Virus record (IMG/VR): IMGVR_UViG_3300030372_002403
Location: 1-44,804 of that record
Origin: a virus
Taxonomy: Duplodnaviria; Caudoviricetes
DNA length: 44,804 bases
Reading direction: 5' to 3' (one strand)
Shown here one piece after another: positions 1 through 8,600 of the stretch. Under the pieces are notes generated by a model. The model made no database searches. It saw nothing but the letters and a program-made list of their open reading frames with translations, and was not told the origin of the DNA. Position 1 is the first letter of the stretch, and each line of letters begins with the position of its first letter. A program made the position numbers and the translations under genes.

Positions 1-511
1 AGAAGTAAATAACCGAGAAGAGTTAATCCAAACTCTTAAAGATGCTATGGAAGGTCACGATTTTAAATACATAGCTATAGATACTATTGATAAAGTTGTA
101 GAATGGGCTGAAAAGGCTGTTTGTGCAGAATATGAAGTAGCATCTATTGCTGATTTAACATTCGGTAAAGGTTATGCATTAGCGCGTGAAAAAGTAATGA
201 ATACTATCAATGCTTTTAGAGACTGTTGCGACCATTTAATTATTGTTGGACATAGAAAGGTTGCTAGGGCAGTCATTGATGGCAAAGCCCTAGTTGAACC
301 TGAATCTTTAGATATAACTGGTAAGCTGAAGAATCTGATTATGTCAGATTGTGACGCTATCGGTTATGTCTTAAGAGAAGACGATAAATTAATGGTTTCA
401 TTTAAAGCAGATGAATCTATAGAAGCAGGTAGTAGATGCGAACATTTACGTGGCCAATGCATTGAATTTAATTGGTCTAACATATACAAAAAAGAAAGTG
501 AAGGTAAATAA
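1..511 (+). CDS. AAA_24/Sak4-like ATPase (phage recombinase family), 5'-truncated by the window edge
   Basis: Frame is open from position 2. Walker B-like YIAIDTID, GKGY and LIIVGH motifs; precedes an SSB-like gene. Walker A would lie upstream of the window. Confidence 0.75.
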   Translation, partial: EVNNREELIQTLKDAMEGHDFKYIAIDTIDKVVEWAEKAVCAEYEVASIADLTFGKGYALAREKVMNTINAFRDCCDHLIIVGHRKVARAVIDGKALVEPESLDITGKLKNLIMSDCDAIGYVLREDDKLMVSFKADESIEAGSRCEHLRGQCIEFNWSNIYKKESEGK

Positions 512-1126
512 ATGGCGATATTCCGACCAGAAGGCACTACCTCTAGTGGTAATAGTTTTTATGGAAATTGTGAAATAGCTTTAATAAACTTTGAAGATAA
601 ATCATCAGAGTTTGAATGGGCTGACATATACATAGACGTAGAAATAAAACAAAAAGGTAGTGACTATAGTAAGCAGTTAAGAATAACTGGAAATATAGAC
701 AAAGATAGCAATGGTAAAATAACTGGTGGTTCTGCACTTAAAAGAATATATAATTTCTTTGATATTATAGGTGAAAAAGCGGGATTAACAGTAGATGGTA
801 AATGGGAAAACGAAGAGGGTGAAGAGATTTTTGATATTGCAAAGTATCTTAATCAAAAACACGCAATGAATGTAATCCCAGGTACAGAGCCAGAATATCC
901 TTATTTAGCTTACATTTATAAAGAAAAACCAAAACAGCCAGGTGCAAAAGTTTATTCTAGAGTATTTTACAGAATACAAAATAATGATGCACAAGGTGTT
1001 AAGAAGCTAGACGATGACGTAAGTTGGTTTAGGTCTAAAGGTTTCTTAAAAGAAGCTACTGAAAATGATATTAAAACACCTGAAAAGAGTGTTGAGATGT
1101 CACAAAGTGGCATCGGTAATTTATAG
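512..1126 (+). CDS. Putative single-stranded DNA-binding protein
   Basis: Position between the Sak4-like ATPase and the primase-helicase; beta-rich N-terminus. Called from context only. Confidence 0.45.
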   Translation: MAIFRPEGTTSSGNSFYGNCEIALINFEDKSSEFEWADIYIDVEIKQKGSDYSKQLRITGNIDKDSNGKITGGSALKRIYNFFDIIGEKAGLTVDGKWENEEGEEIFDIAKYLNQKHAMNVIPGTEPEYPYLAYIYKEKPKQPGAKVYSRVFYRIQNNDAQGVKKLDDDVSWFRSKGFLKEATENDIKTPEKSVEMSQSGIGNL

Positions 1127-2904
1127 TGTATGACTATGTAGAAATAGCAATAGGTGGCCCTCAATTTAGAGGGCAACTTATTGAGAAAAGTAAACTAATC
1201 AACTATATAAAACCAGAAACACCGCTATTTAGAAGTGTTTATTTATATACAAAAGAAGCAGCAGAATATGCAGAGAAAAATAATGGTTTGAAAAATTATT
1301 TTGGAGAAAGAAGCATAGATTGGATTTTGTTAGATATAGATAAAGCTGACAATAGTGATGAATACACTTTAAATAAAGCTAGAGGTATATTAGTTAGGCT
1401 AGAAGATATGGGAGTAGATGTAAAATGGTCTACACAATCATATTTTAGTGGCAGTGGTTATCATATAGCTGTACATAATAGTGTATTTAACTTTCCAAGT
1501 AGTGACAATCTACATTACTTGGTTAAAGGTACTCTTAAAAGTTTATTTGGTGATGAAATAGATAGTTCTATTTATATGAGAACAGGAATATATAGAGTTC
1601 AACACACGATAAACAAAAAAACTAACTTACATAAAATACCACTAACTTGGGACGATGTTATGCACAAAGACTGTAAAGAAATACAGGAAATGGCAAAAGA
1701 ACCAAGATTAGATTTTGCATATAGCGAATTGGTAGGAAATGGTGAGTTAGAAGATAAAATAATCAATAGAGCGCCTAGAATGACCCAAATACGTAAAGTT
1801 GTAGAACCAAGGGATGTTATACCGTGTGTTCAAGAAATGTTGACAAATGGGCCTCAAGAAGGCTGTAGAAATCAAACGCTTATAAGAATAGCATCACATT
1901 TCTTTAGACATGGCATACCCTCAGAATATGCTAAAACCGCTATATTACACTGGAATAATAATAGTTTAAACGAAAATAGTGTAATAGAAAAGGTAGAGTA
2001 TGTATACAACAGAGGTTACAGGTTTGGGTGCAAAGATGAAATCATGGAAAAACATTGTAAAACTAGATGCATTTACTTTAAAAGAAAAGATTATTTAGTA
2101 GATGTAATGAGTTCTGATGACTTACAGGAAAAGCTAGAAGAGCGTATGTCAGCTGATTTTAATGGACGTTCTATACCTATAGCTGATATGTTAGGTGTAG
2201 AAGAGTCAGATACAGAAATATATCCAGGCGAGTTAGTTACTATATTTGGACCTACAGGTTCAAGTAAAACTACACTTGCACAATGTATAGCTTTAGGTGT
2301 AGATTTTGCTAATGACGATATAAATCCTGATTGGCAAATACCTACTTTATACTTGTCTTTAGAGTTAAGTGCTTGGTATATGCATAGACGTAATATGCAA
2401 ATAGTAAGCGGTTTAACAAAAGATTATGTAAATAATAACCCTAAAGAAGTTTATGGTGACATCAAAGACAAACTTAATCATATGGTAATACAAACAATAC
2501 CTCCAACACTAGAACAAATACAAGCTAAAGTTAAAGAGTTAAGACCAGCATTAGTAGTGGTAGACTACATTGATTTAGTTGAGACACCTCCTCATATTAG
2601 AGGTGAATACGAACAAATCAAATATATATCGCACTCGCTTTCAAGTATGGCTGTAAATAACGATTTAATTATAATTCAAGTATCACAAGTATCTAGAGAA
2701 TACTCTAGAAATGAAGTTCTTGATTTATATGCAGGTAAAGGTTCAGGTGCAATAGAAAACGCATCACGTAAAGTGATAGGCTTGAATGGTCAATCTAATA
2801 GCCCAAATAAAACGCTAGAAGTTCTTAAAAACACTGATGGTGAATTATTTAAAACTAAACTAGAATGGCAACCAAGCTTTAGATTAAGGAGACAGTATGA
2901 TTAA
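1126..2904 (+). CDS. AEP primase (primase-polymerase) fused to an SF4/DnaB-like helicase
   Basis: AEP motifs LLDID, FSGSGYH and DSSIY..GIYR; PC..ML..G..EG.RN linker domain with a Cys cluster; Walker A GPTGSSKTT, Walker B VVVDYID, VSQVSRE. GTG start overlaps the upstream TAG (TAGTG). Confidence 0.85.
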   Translation: MYDYVEIAIGGPQFRGQLIEKSKLINYIKPETPLFRSVYLYTKEAAEYAEKNNGLKNYFGERSIDWILLDIDKADNSDEYTLNKARGILVRLEDMGVDVKWSTQSYFSGSGYHIAVHNSVFNFPSSDNLHYLVKGTLKSLFGDEIDSSIYMRTGIYRVQHTINKKTNLHKIPLTWDDVMHKDCKEIQEMAKEPRLDFAYSELVGNGELEDKIINRAPRMTQIRKVVEPRDVIPCVQEMLTNGPQEGCRNQTLIRIASHFFRHGIPSEYAKTAILHWNNNSLNENSVIEKVEYVYNRGYRFGCKDEIMEKHCKTRCIYFKRKDYLVDVMSSDDLQEKLEERMSADFNGRSIPIADMLGVEESDTEIYPGELVTIFGPTGSSKTTLAQCIALGVDFANDDINPDWQIPTLYLSLELSAWYMHRRNMQIVSGLTKDYVNNNPKEVYGDIKDKLNHMVIQTIPPTLEQIQAKVKELRPALVVVDYIDLVETPPHIRGEYEQIKYISHSLSSMAVNNDLIIIQVSQVSREYSRNEVLDLYAGKGSGAIENASRKVIGLNGQSNSPNKTLEVLKNTDGELFKTKLEWQPSFRLRRQYD

Positions 2905-3118
2905 ACTACTAAAAACAAACAATGAAATAGGATTTAGTTTATTTAACTTAATCTTTATTAAATTAGGTAAAGAAAAAGGTGTATTAATAAATACTTTTAA
3001 TATATATATAAAAGTGTATAAATTCATTTTTTCTATTTACCTAGGAAAGGAGAGGCGAAATGCCGAGAAGACCAGACAAAAAATCAAAAAGTCATCGAAT
3101 ACTTATGCATCTGCTTAA
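2897..3118 (+). CDS. Hypothetical protein, hydrophobic N-half and basic tail
   Basis: ORF overlaps the helicase stop in operon orientation. Confidence 0.5.
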   Translation: MIKLLKTNNEIGFSLFNLIFIKLGKEKGVLINTFNIYIKVYKFIFSIYLGKERRNAEKTRQKIKKSSNTYASA

Positions 3119-3305
3119 AGGTAAAACTTTAAATCAAGCACAAGCAGCAAGTTTATTTGGAGCTTGGAGATTATCAGCAGTTATACATAACTTGCGTAAA
3201 AAAGGCTTTGAGATAGATATGAAGCACAATACAAGAGGTAAGTATAAAGGCTTTGGTAGATACCAAATGCAAAAAACACCGACAGGTCAAAAAGTAGGAA
3301 AATAA
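3060..3305 (+). CDS. Winged helix-turn-helix DNA-binding protein
   Basis: ILMHL..GKTLNQAQAASLFGAWRLSAVIHNLRKKGFEI is a typical phage wHTH; AGGAG upstream. Confidence 0.75.
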   Translation: MPRRPDKKSKSHRILMHLLKGKTLNQAQAASLFGAWRLSAVIHNLRKKGFEIDMKHNTRGKYKGFGRYQMQKTPTGQKVGK

Positions 3306-3315
3306 CAAACTAGTT

Positions 3316-3792
3316 ATGAATACTAATTCCAAAAGGAAGTCGCGTAGTCCTAAAGAGTGGGAAGCGAAGTTTATGCGTAAGCTTCGTCCCGCTCATGGGA
3401 CACATGCAAAAAGAATGTTCCATAGGCTTATGAAAAAGTCATCTACTCTTAAATCTTCATTAAAGAAAAGAAGTAAAGAGTATGAAGTAAAATTTAACAT
3501 ATCTTTAACAGAAATACGTGAAATGCTTTATTTAGCATACAATAGACCTTGCAGATACTGCAAAAAAAAGCTAGATGTAACAAATATGGTTTGTGACCAT
3601 AAGCACCCTATATCATCTGGAGGAGGTTCATTTAAAAGCAACCTTCAAATGATATGTGCATCTTGTAATACTAAAAAAGGTCCACTTACTGACAAGGAAT
3701 ATAGAGCTTTTATAAAATGGATAAACAAACAGGATGAAAGAGTAAGAGATTATATTCTTAGAAAACTTGCAAAGTCTGATGTATTTAATTAG
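3316..3792 (+). CDS. HNH endonuclease
   Basis: CRYC...DHKHPISSGG...NLQMICASCNTKKG. Confidence 0.9.
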   Translation: MNTNSKRKSRSPKEWEAKFMRKLRPAHGTHAKRMFHRLMKKSSTLKSSLKKRSKEYEVKFNISLTEIREMLYLAYNRPCRYCKKKLDVTNMVCDHKHPISSGGGSFKSNLQMICASCNTKKGPLTDKEYRAFIKWINKQDERVRDYILRKLAKSDVFN

Positions 3793-3800
3793 GAGAATAA

Positions 3801-3947
3801 GTGAGTATAGAAAAGAGAAGACAACAAGTAAGAGATAATAACGATAAAATTAGAAAGAAAATATTAAAAGCCACTGATAATGGTCGATGTTGGTGGCTTT
3901 ATCAACAACTAATAGCAAACCCTAAAAAATATAGGACTAGTGAATGA
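3801..3947 (+). CDS. Small basic hypothetical protein (48 aa), not in the ORF track
   Basis: AGGAG at 3791, GTG start, TGA overlaps the next ATG (ATGA). Confidence 0.6.
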   Translation: MSIEKRRQQVRDNNDKIRKKILKATDNGRCWWLYQQLIANPKKYRTSE

Positions 3948-4072
3948 GAAAACTAAACAGATTAGATAAGCTGCTTATAAATATTCTTTGGAAAATAGGT
4001 TACAAACCTAGTAAATTATCGATACTCTTTAAAGTATCAACAAGGACAATTTATAGGCAATTATGGAAATAA
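3944..4072 (+). CDS. Small HTH protein (42 aa), not in the ORF track
   Basis: MRKLNRLDKLLINILWKIGYKPSKLSILFKVSTRTIYRQLWK; VSTRTIYR recognition-helix pattern; overlaps both neighbours. Confidence 0.7.
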   Translation: MRKLNRLDKLLINILWKIGYKPSKLSILFKVSTRTIYRQLWK

Positions 4073-4230
4073 TTAACTGTTTACAATGTGGTAATATCGT
4101 TTCAGCAGGAGACTGTGGTTATTCGTGCCCCCTATGCGGATACTTAGAAACATGAAGCGATATTACAAATAAGATTGGAGGTACCAATGAAAGGAGTAAG
4201 CAAAAAATGGATGGAAAGATACAGAAATGA
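4063..4230 (+). CDS. Small zinc-finger protein with an in-frame UGA at codon 31 (candidate selenoprotein, 55 aa; 30 aa if UGA terminates)
   Basis: MEIINCLQCGNIVSAGDCGYSCPLCGYLET*SDITNKIGGTNERSKQKMDGKIQK*; the second TGA (4228-4230) overlaps the ATG of the next gene. Confidence 0.6.
4174..4188 (+). promoter_or_regulatory. SECIS-like hairpin downstream of the in-frame UGA
   Basis: ATTGG-AGGTA-CCAAT; 23 nt separate the UGA (4153-4155) from the loop, which has G at its second position. It also contains GGAGG, so it could instead be an RBS. Confidence 0.4.
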
Positions 4231-4964
4231 ACTTGCAGAAATACACAAGTCAAAAAGTAAAAAGACTAGACGCAGAAAGAAGGTGGTACAGCAGGGGAGA
4301 ATCAAATAACTGGAAACCATCAGTAACAACTGTCATAGGCGAAACATGTGCAAAGGGTAAACACTTTGAAGAATGGCTTATGAAAAATGGATTAAACGCT
4401 ATTACTGTTAGAGATGAATCAGCAAGAAGAGGGACTAAAGTACATGAATATATTGAAATGTTACTTGACGAAAATGAAGTAAAAGTAGAAGATGAGTTTA
4501 CTCAGAAGTCTTTAATGAGCTTTGAAAAGTTTTACAACGAAGTAAAACCTGAAGTGGTTGAGAAAGAACTGTTTCTTTACCATAAAGATATTCCTTGGGC
4601 TGGAACACCTGATATAATAGCAAAAATAAATAATCGTTTATCTTTAGTAGATATAAAAACAGGAGATTATAGAAAAACACACGAAATACAACAGTTAATG
4701 TATAAAGAATTGTGGAATACTATATTTCCTGATAACCCTATACTAGATATGTATGGCTTATATACAAAAGGTAAATGGATAAAAGAACCGAGTTATGGTT
4801 TTAGAAAATTTAAGGACAGTGATATGCATCATAGTGTTTATAAGTTATGGTGTTTCTTAAACTTTCCATATGGTAAACCATGGCCTAAACAAAAGCCTCA
4901 ATTAAAAAAGGAGTTTAAACTTGGACCCAAACCAGACGCACGAAGCATTGATGAATTGCTGTGA
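4227..4964 (+). CDS. PD-(D/E)XK exonuclease (Cas4/RecB-like phage nuclease)
   Basis: PSVTTVI, RGTKVHEYIE, AGTPDII, LVDIKTG, QQLMY. Confidence 0.85.
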   Translation: MNLQKYTSQKVKRLDAERRWYSRGESNNWKPSVTTVIGETCAKGKHFEEWLMKNGLNAITVRDESARRGTKVHEYIEMLLDENEVKVEDEFTQKSLMSFEKFYNEVKPEVVEKELFLYHKDIPWAGTPDIIAKINNRLSLVDIKTGDYRKTHEIQQLMYKELWNTIFPDNPILDMYGLYTKGKWIKEPSYGFRKFKDSDMHHSVYKLWCFLNFPYGKPWPKQKPQLKKEFKLGPKPDARSIDELL

Positions 4965-5121
4965 TAAAGTCAGAGATTTAGCTATAGATAAAAGAAACAA
5001 AGAAAAAACTATAGCAAATCTAGAGAGGGAATTGAAGGCTGAAAAGCAAATGCGTAAGAAAGCTGAGAGTTACTATAAAGAGCTCGAAAGCTTTCTTAAC
5101 GCTAAGGAGAGCAAAAAATGA
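4921..5121 (+). CDS. Hypothetical coiled-coil protein
   Basis: AAGGAG upstream of the TTG start; charged heptad-like sequence; ATGA overlap with the next ORF. Confidence 0.6.
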   Translation: MDPNQTHEALMNCCDKVRDLAIDKRNKEKTIANLERELKAEKQMRKKAESYYKELESFLNAKESKK

Positions 5122-5225
5122 ACCTAATACAAATTATTTTATGGCTATTAGTATTATTAACATGGATATTTTTAACAACATTATCTGTTGTAAACATAGG
5201 AGAAGATGATGAGCAGGAAAAGTAA
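5118..5225 (+). CDS. Small single-pass membrane protein (35 aa), not in the ORF track
   Basis: MNLIQIILWLLVLLTWIFLTTLSVVNIGEDDEQEK; AGGAG upstream; ATGA overlap. Confidence 0.6.
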   Translation: MNLIQIILWLLVLLTWIFLTTLSVVNIGEDDEQEK

Positions 5226-5427
5226 TAAAGGTAAACCAACAAGAAAAGATATAACGCAAGCTTTGCAATTTATTGGACAAAAACTAAGATATTTAGAAGA
5301 CTTAGCAGTAGCAAATGAAAATATATTAGATATATACATTAATTTTAAAGGCGATAAGGATAACTTTTTAAAATATTTAGAAGAAAACTATCCGCCTAAA
5401 GAAGAGGTTGCAAAAGACACAAAATAA
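5206..5427 (+). CDS. Hypothetical protein
   Basis: AGGAG upstream; operon orientation. Confidence 0.65.
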   Translation: MMSRKSNKGKPTRKDITQALQFIGQKLRYLEDLAVANENILDIYINFKGDKDNFLKYLEENYPPKEEVAKDTK

Positions 5428-5437
5428 TACTTAAATT
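5408..5437 (+). promoter_or_regulatory. Possible sigma70-type promoter
   Basis: TTGCAA-18 nt-TAAATT, ending 5 nt before ATG 5443. Confidence 0.35.
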
Positions 5438-5442
5438 AAAGT

Positions 5443-5625
5443 ATGGACTTTTGTGATAAATGTGGTGAAGAAATAGATACTCTTGAGCCTTGCTTAAGAA
5501 TTAGCCATGGTTTTTTAAATACAGATAAATCATTTAGCAAAATGGTTAGTGTTCATATTCATATTGATTGTTGTTCAGATACGCATTTATTAAGCGAAAT
5601 ACTATCTAAATTCGATAAAAATTAA
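5443..5625 (+). CDS. Small putative Zn-binding protein
   Basis: CDKC ... HIDC; its stop shares TTAA with the convergent giant ORF. Confidence 0.6.
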   Translation: MDFCDKCGEEIDTLEPCLRISHGFLNTDKSFSKMVSVHIHIDCCSDTHLLSEILSKFDKN

Positions 5626-8600
5626 TCTTCAATAGCAGTTCTATAAACAGGATGGTAAGCTTGTTGTTCTTTAAGTTTACGTCTTTCTCTTTGAATATCT
5701 CCATAAGGTATACCAGTAAACTTTTCAACAGTTCTGTAAGGATTATCTATAATATTACCTTTTGCAAAAGGAGCAATATCTCTTACTATTCTTCCAAAAG
5801 GAAACATAGTATAAATATGATAATCTAAAAATTTATCATAGTTATCATCAGTTAAAGTTTTTAATATACTCATCGGTGCTCTAGCAATAGGAGGAGTAAT
5901 CATCTGTAAAGGCGCTATAGCTGTAGGGTATGTTCCCCAAAATGCTCTTTGACGTTCTTTTTCGTCACCAAATATCCATTCAGATGTTTCTTTAAAATGG
6001 TTTAATGGAGCAGGTATTGCTAAATCAAATAAAGACATAGTAAATACACTACCTAAAGCATATACTAATAAATCAATTTGCATAGTTCTTTTAAATTTTT
6101 GATATTCAGGAGTACCTTCACGATAACCTCTTATACGAGCTTCTCTTATAACATCATTTCTAAATCTTGCAGCGTTCCAGGACCATAATTGAAAACGTGT
6201 CATAATTTTACCTAAAGCTGTTCTTGCAAATCCAGGACGATAAGGAGCAGAATATAGGAACTGTGTAGCTTTAACACCTTTTTTAGCCATTTCAATTAAG
6301 AATGGATGGTCAAACTGTGTAATAGCACCACCAAATCTTTCCCACGCTTTTATATAATGAGTCATAAACGCATCCTTACGAAGTGTCATTTCTGGTTTAG
6401 ACATAAATTTAGCAGCAGTTTTAAATATAGGTTCTGTAATTTTGTATTCTTTTGCTAATTCTTTAAATGATTTAGGTTCTATTTCACCATCTTTATTTAA
6501 TTTTCTACCAACTTCTTTTAAGAATCTTTTAGTATTAACACTTTGTAATTCTTTTTGCATACCCCATTCATTTTGTAACATTTCAGGAAACACACCTTGT
6601 TTCTTTATAAAATCTAATACAGCTTGTTTGTTTGTCCAATCTGGATTAATTGTTCTTAAAAAGTTATAATCATAAACTTTACGTAAAGATTTAGCTCCAG
6701 CACTTTGAATTGTATGTAAAGAACCACCGAATAAGTTATTTATCATAGATTTAGGGTGAGCAAGTAACGTTGCTAACTCATATTTAGCTTCAAGATTAGA
6801 CCATCTTGTTATGTCTGCAACGCTAAACTTCTCTATTCCAGGTAAGTCTTCTTTTACACCAAGCTTTTTAGCAATTTTATTAACTTTATCCTTAACTTTA
6901 TTATCAGCCCACCAAGCATAAGGTGTGCCTTTAAGTTTCATACCTGGGTCATTAATCATATAATCAGGTATAATACTAGGATGTCCCATTGCATCTTGTA
7001 CATAAAGTTTATAATGGTCAAGCCATCTATCTTTTAAGCTTCTACCTGTCTTAGGGTCAAACTGAATTTTATGCCAACCTTTTGCAAATGCTTGCTGGTC
7101 AAAGTCAACTAATATATCTCTAGACATTATTTGAGCTAACTGTTTATAATAAGTGTTAAACACATTTCTAGAATAAGCTTCAGGAACAGTAGCATCTATA
7201 GACCATCCAGGAATATGTGTAGTTCTTTGATGCATAGCACCAGTCATTTGATTTGCTTGAAACCAAGTAACTTTATCAGATTTTGCCTGAATTTTTAAAG
7301 GGTCAACAGCATTTTCATATGCTTCCCAATTTTCTAAGCCTGTAATCCAATCACCTGTTAAAGTTTTGTGACGCCATTGTATTTTATTAATCTCAGCTTC
7401 TTTATCAGATTTAGATATGTTTGATTTATTTATAGTTTCCAAAGCTTCTTTTAATGCTTTAGTAGCCATATTTTTATCAAAAAACATATGAGGCCAATAA
7501 CCTTCAGCAATTTCTCCAGTATCTTTAGGTAAAAGTAATTCTTTTCTTAGTTTAGCTCGACTTTTAAATACTTGCATTCTTTTATTATGTAATTTAATCA
7601 TCATAGAACGTGCTATCTGTCTTAAACCATCTATACCAAATTCTGTTGTTATATCTTCACCTCGTTCATAAGCTTTTCTAATGTCATTAACAAAACGTCT
7701 ATAGTCATAAACAGGTTCTTCAGGTTTTGTTCTATCGTATTTATGAAAATCCTTTATGTCCCAATATAATTTTTCACCTTTTTTATTTCTAAGATGATAA
7801 GAGTCAAGAAGTTCTTTATTGCCTGAAATAATTCTATACATATCTTTAAAATGATTTTTATAAACATCTGTAATTTTTTCAACAATTTGTTCACCAGTAT
7901 ATTCTCGTCTTTTAACTACACCATTTATAGTTTCATTAATCCTATAAGTATTGTTTCTTAATTGATTATAATCAGTAGTTATAACTTCTCTATCATATTC
8001 TTTTAAATAATTTCTAGCCCAATTTTTTGATAAAACTTTATCTGAATGTAAATTTTTACTTACGTTTCCATCTCTTTCTATCTTACGAACAGCTATTCTT
8101 CTTAAAGATTCACCATCTTCTAAAGCATCTATAAACTCTAATTTTTCTCTTAGCATACCAACCATTTCCTCACCTTTGGCTTGTGCTTTATCTAAATTCA
8201 TAGTAACATCATGCTGTAATCTTTCTGTAAAATTACTTGGGACCTGTATATCACCTTCTACAACTTTACCATCTTTTGTAACAAATAAACCTCTTTTTTG
8301 CAAAAGCTCAATATCATAATGCATAGTCTCTCTATTTAATGTTAAAGGAAATAACCAACTATTTCTTTTATTTATTAAAGGAGCTTTCATTCCAGATACA
8401 TTTTCTTTTCTATCAAAAGATTTTAAATCTTTAGGAGCTTTTCTAAAGTCTCCAAATATTCTTTGAGCAACTGTTCCTCTTTGAACTTCTTTAAAATAAT
8501 TATTTAAATCAACAAAGTTTTTGTATTGCATAGCATTAAAGTCTTTACCAATAACTGCTCTAGTTATTTCATTTAAGTTTTGCCCTACTTTACCATTATA

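Noticed and set aside
4187-4309. 40-aa basic ORF (MKGVSKKWMERY...) behind GGAGG
   Set aside because: Overlaps the exonuclease gene by 83 nt out of frame, and its SD and start lie within the hairpin. Not called, but it remains the main alternative to the SECIS reading.
4227-4964. Cas4 / CRISPR system
   Set aside because: No repeat-spacer array or other cas genes; lacks the Cas4 Fe-S cysteine pattern; ordinary phage exonuclease.
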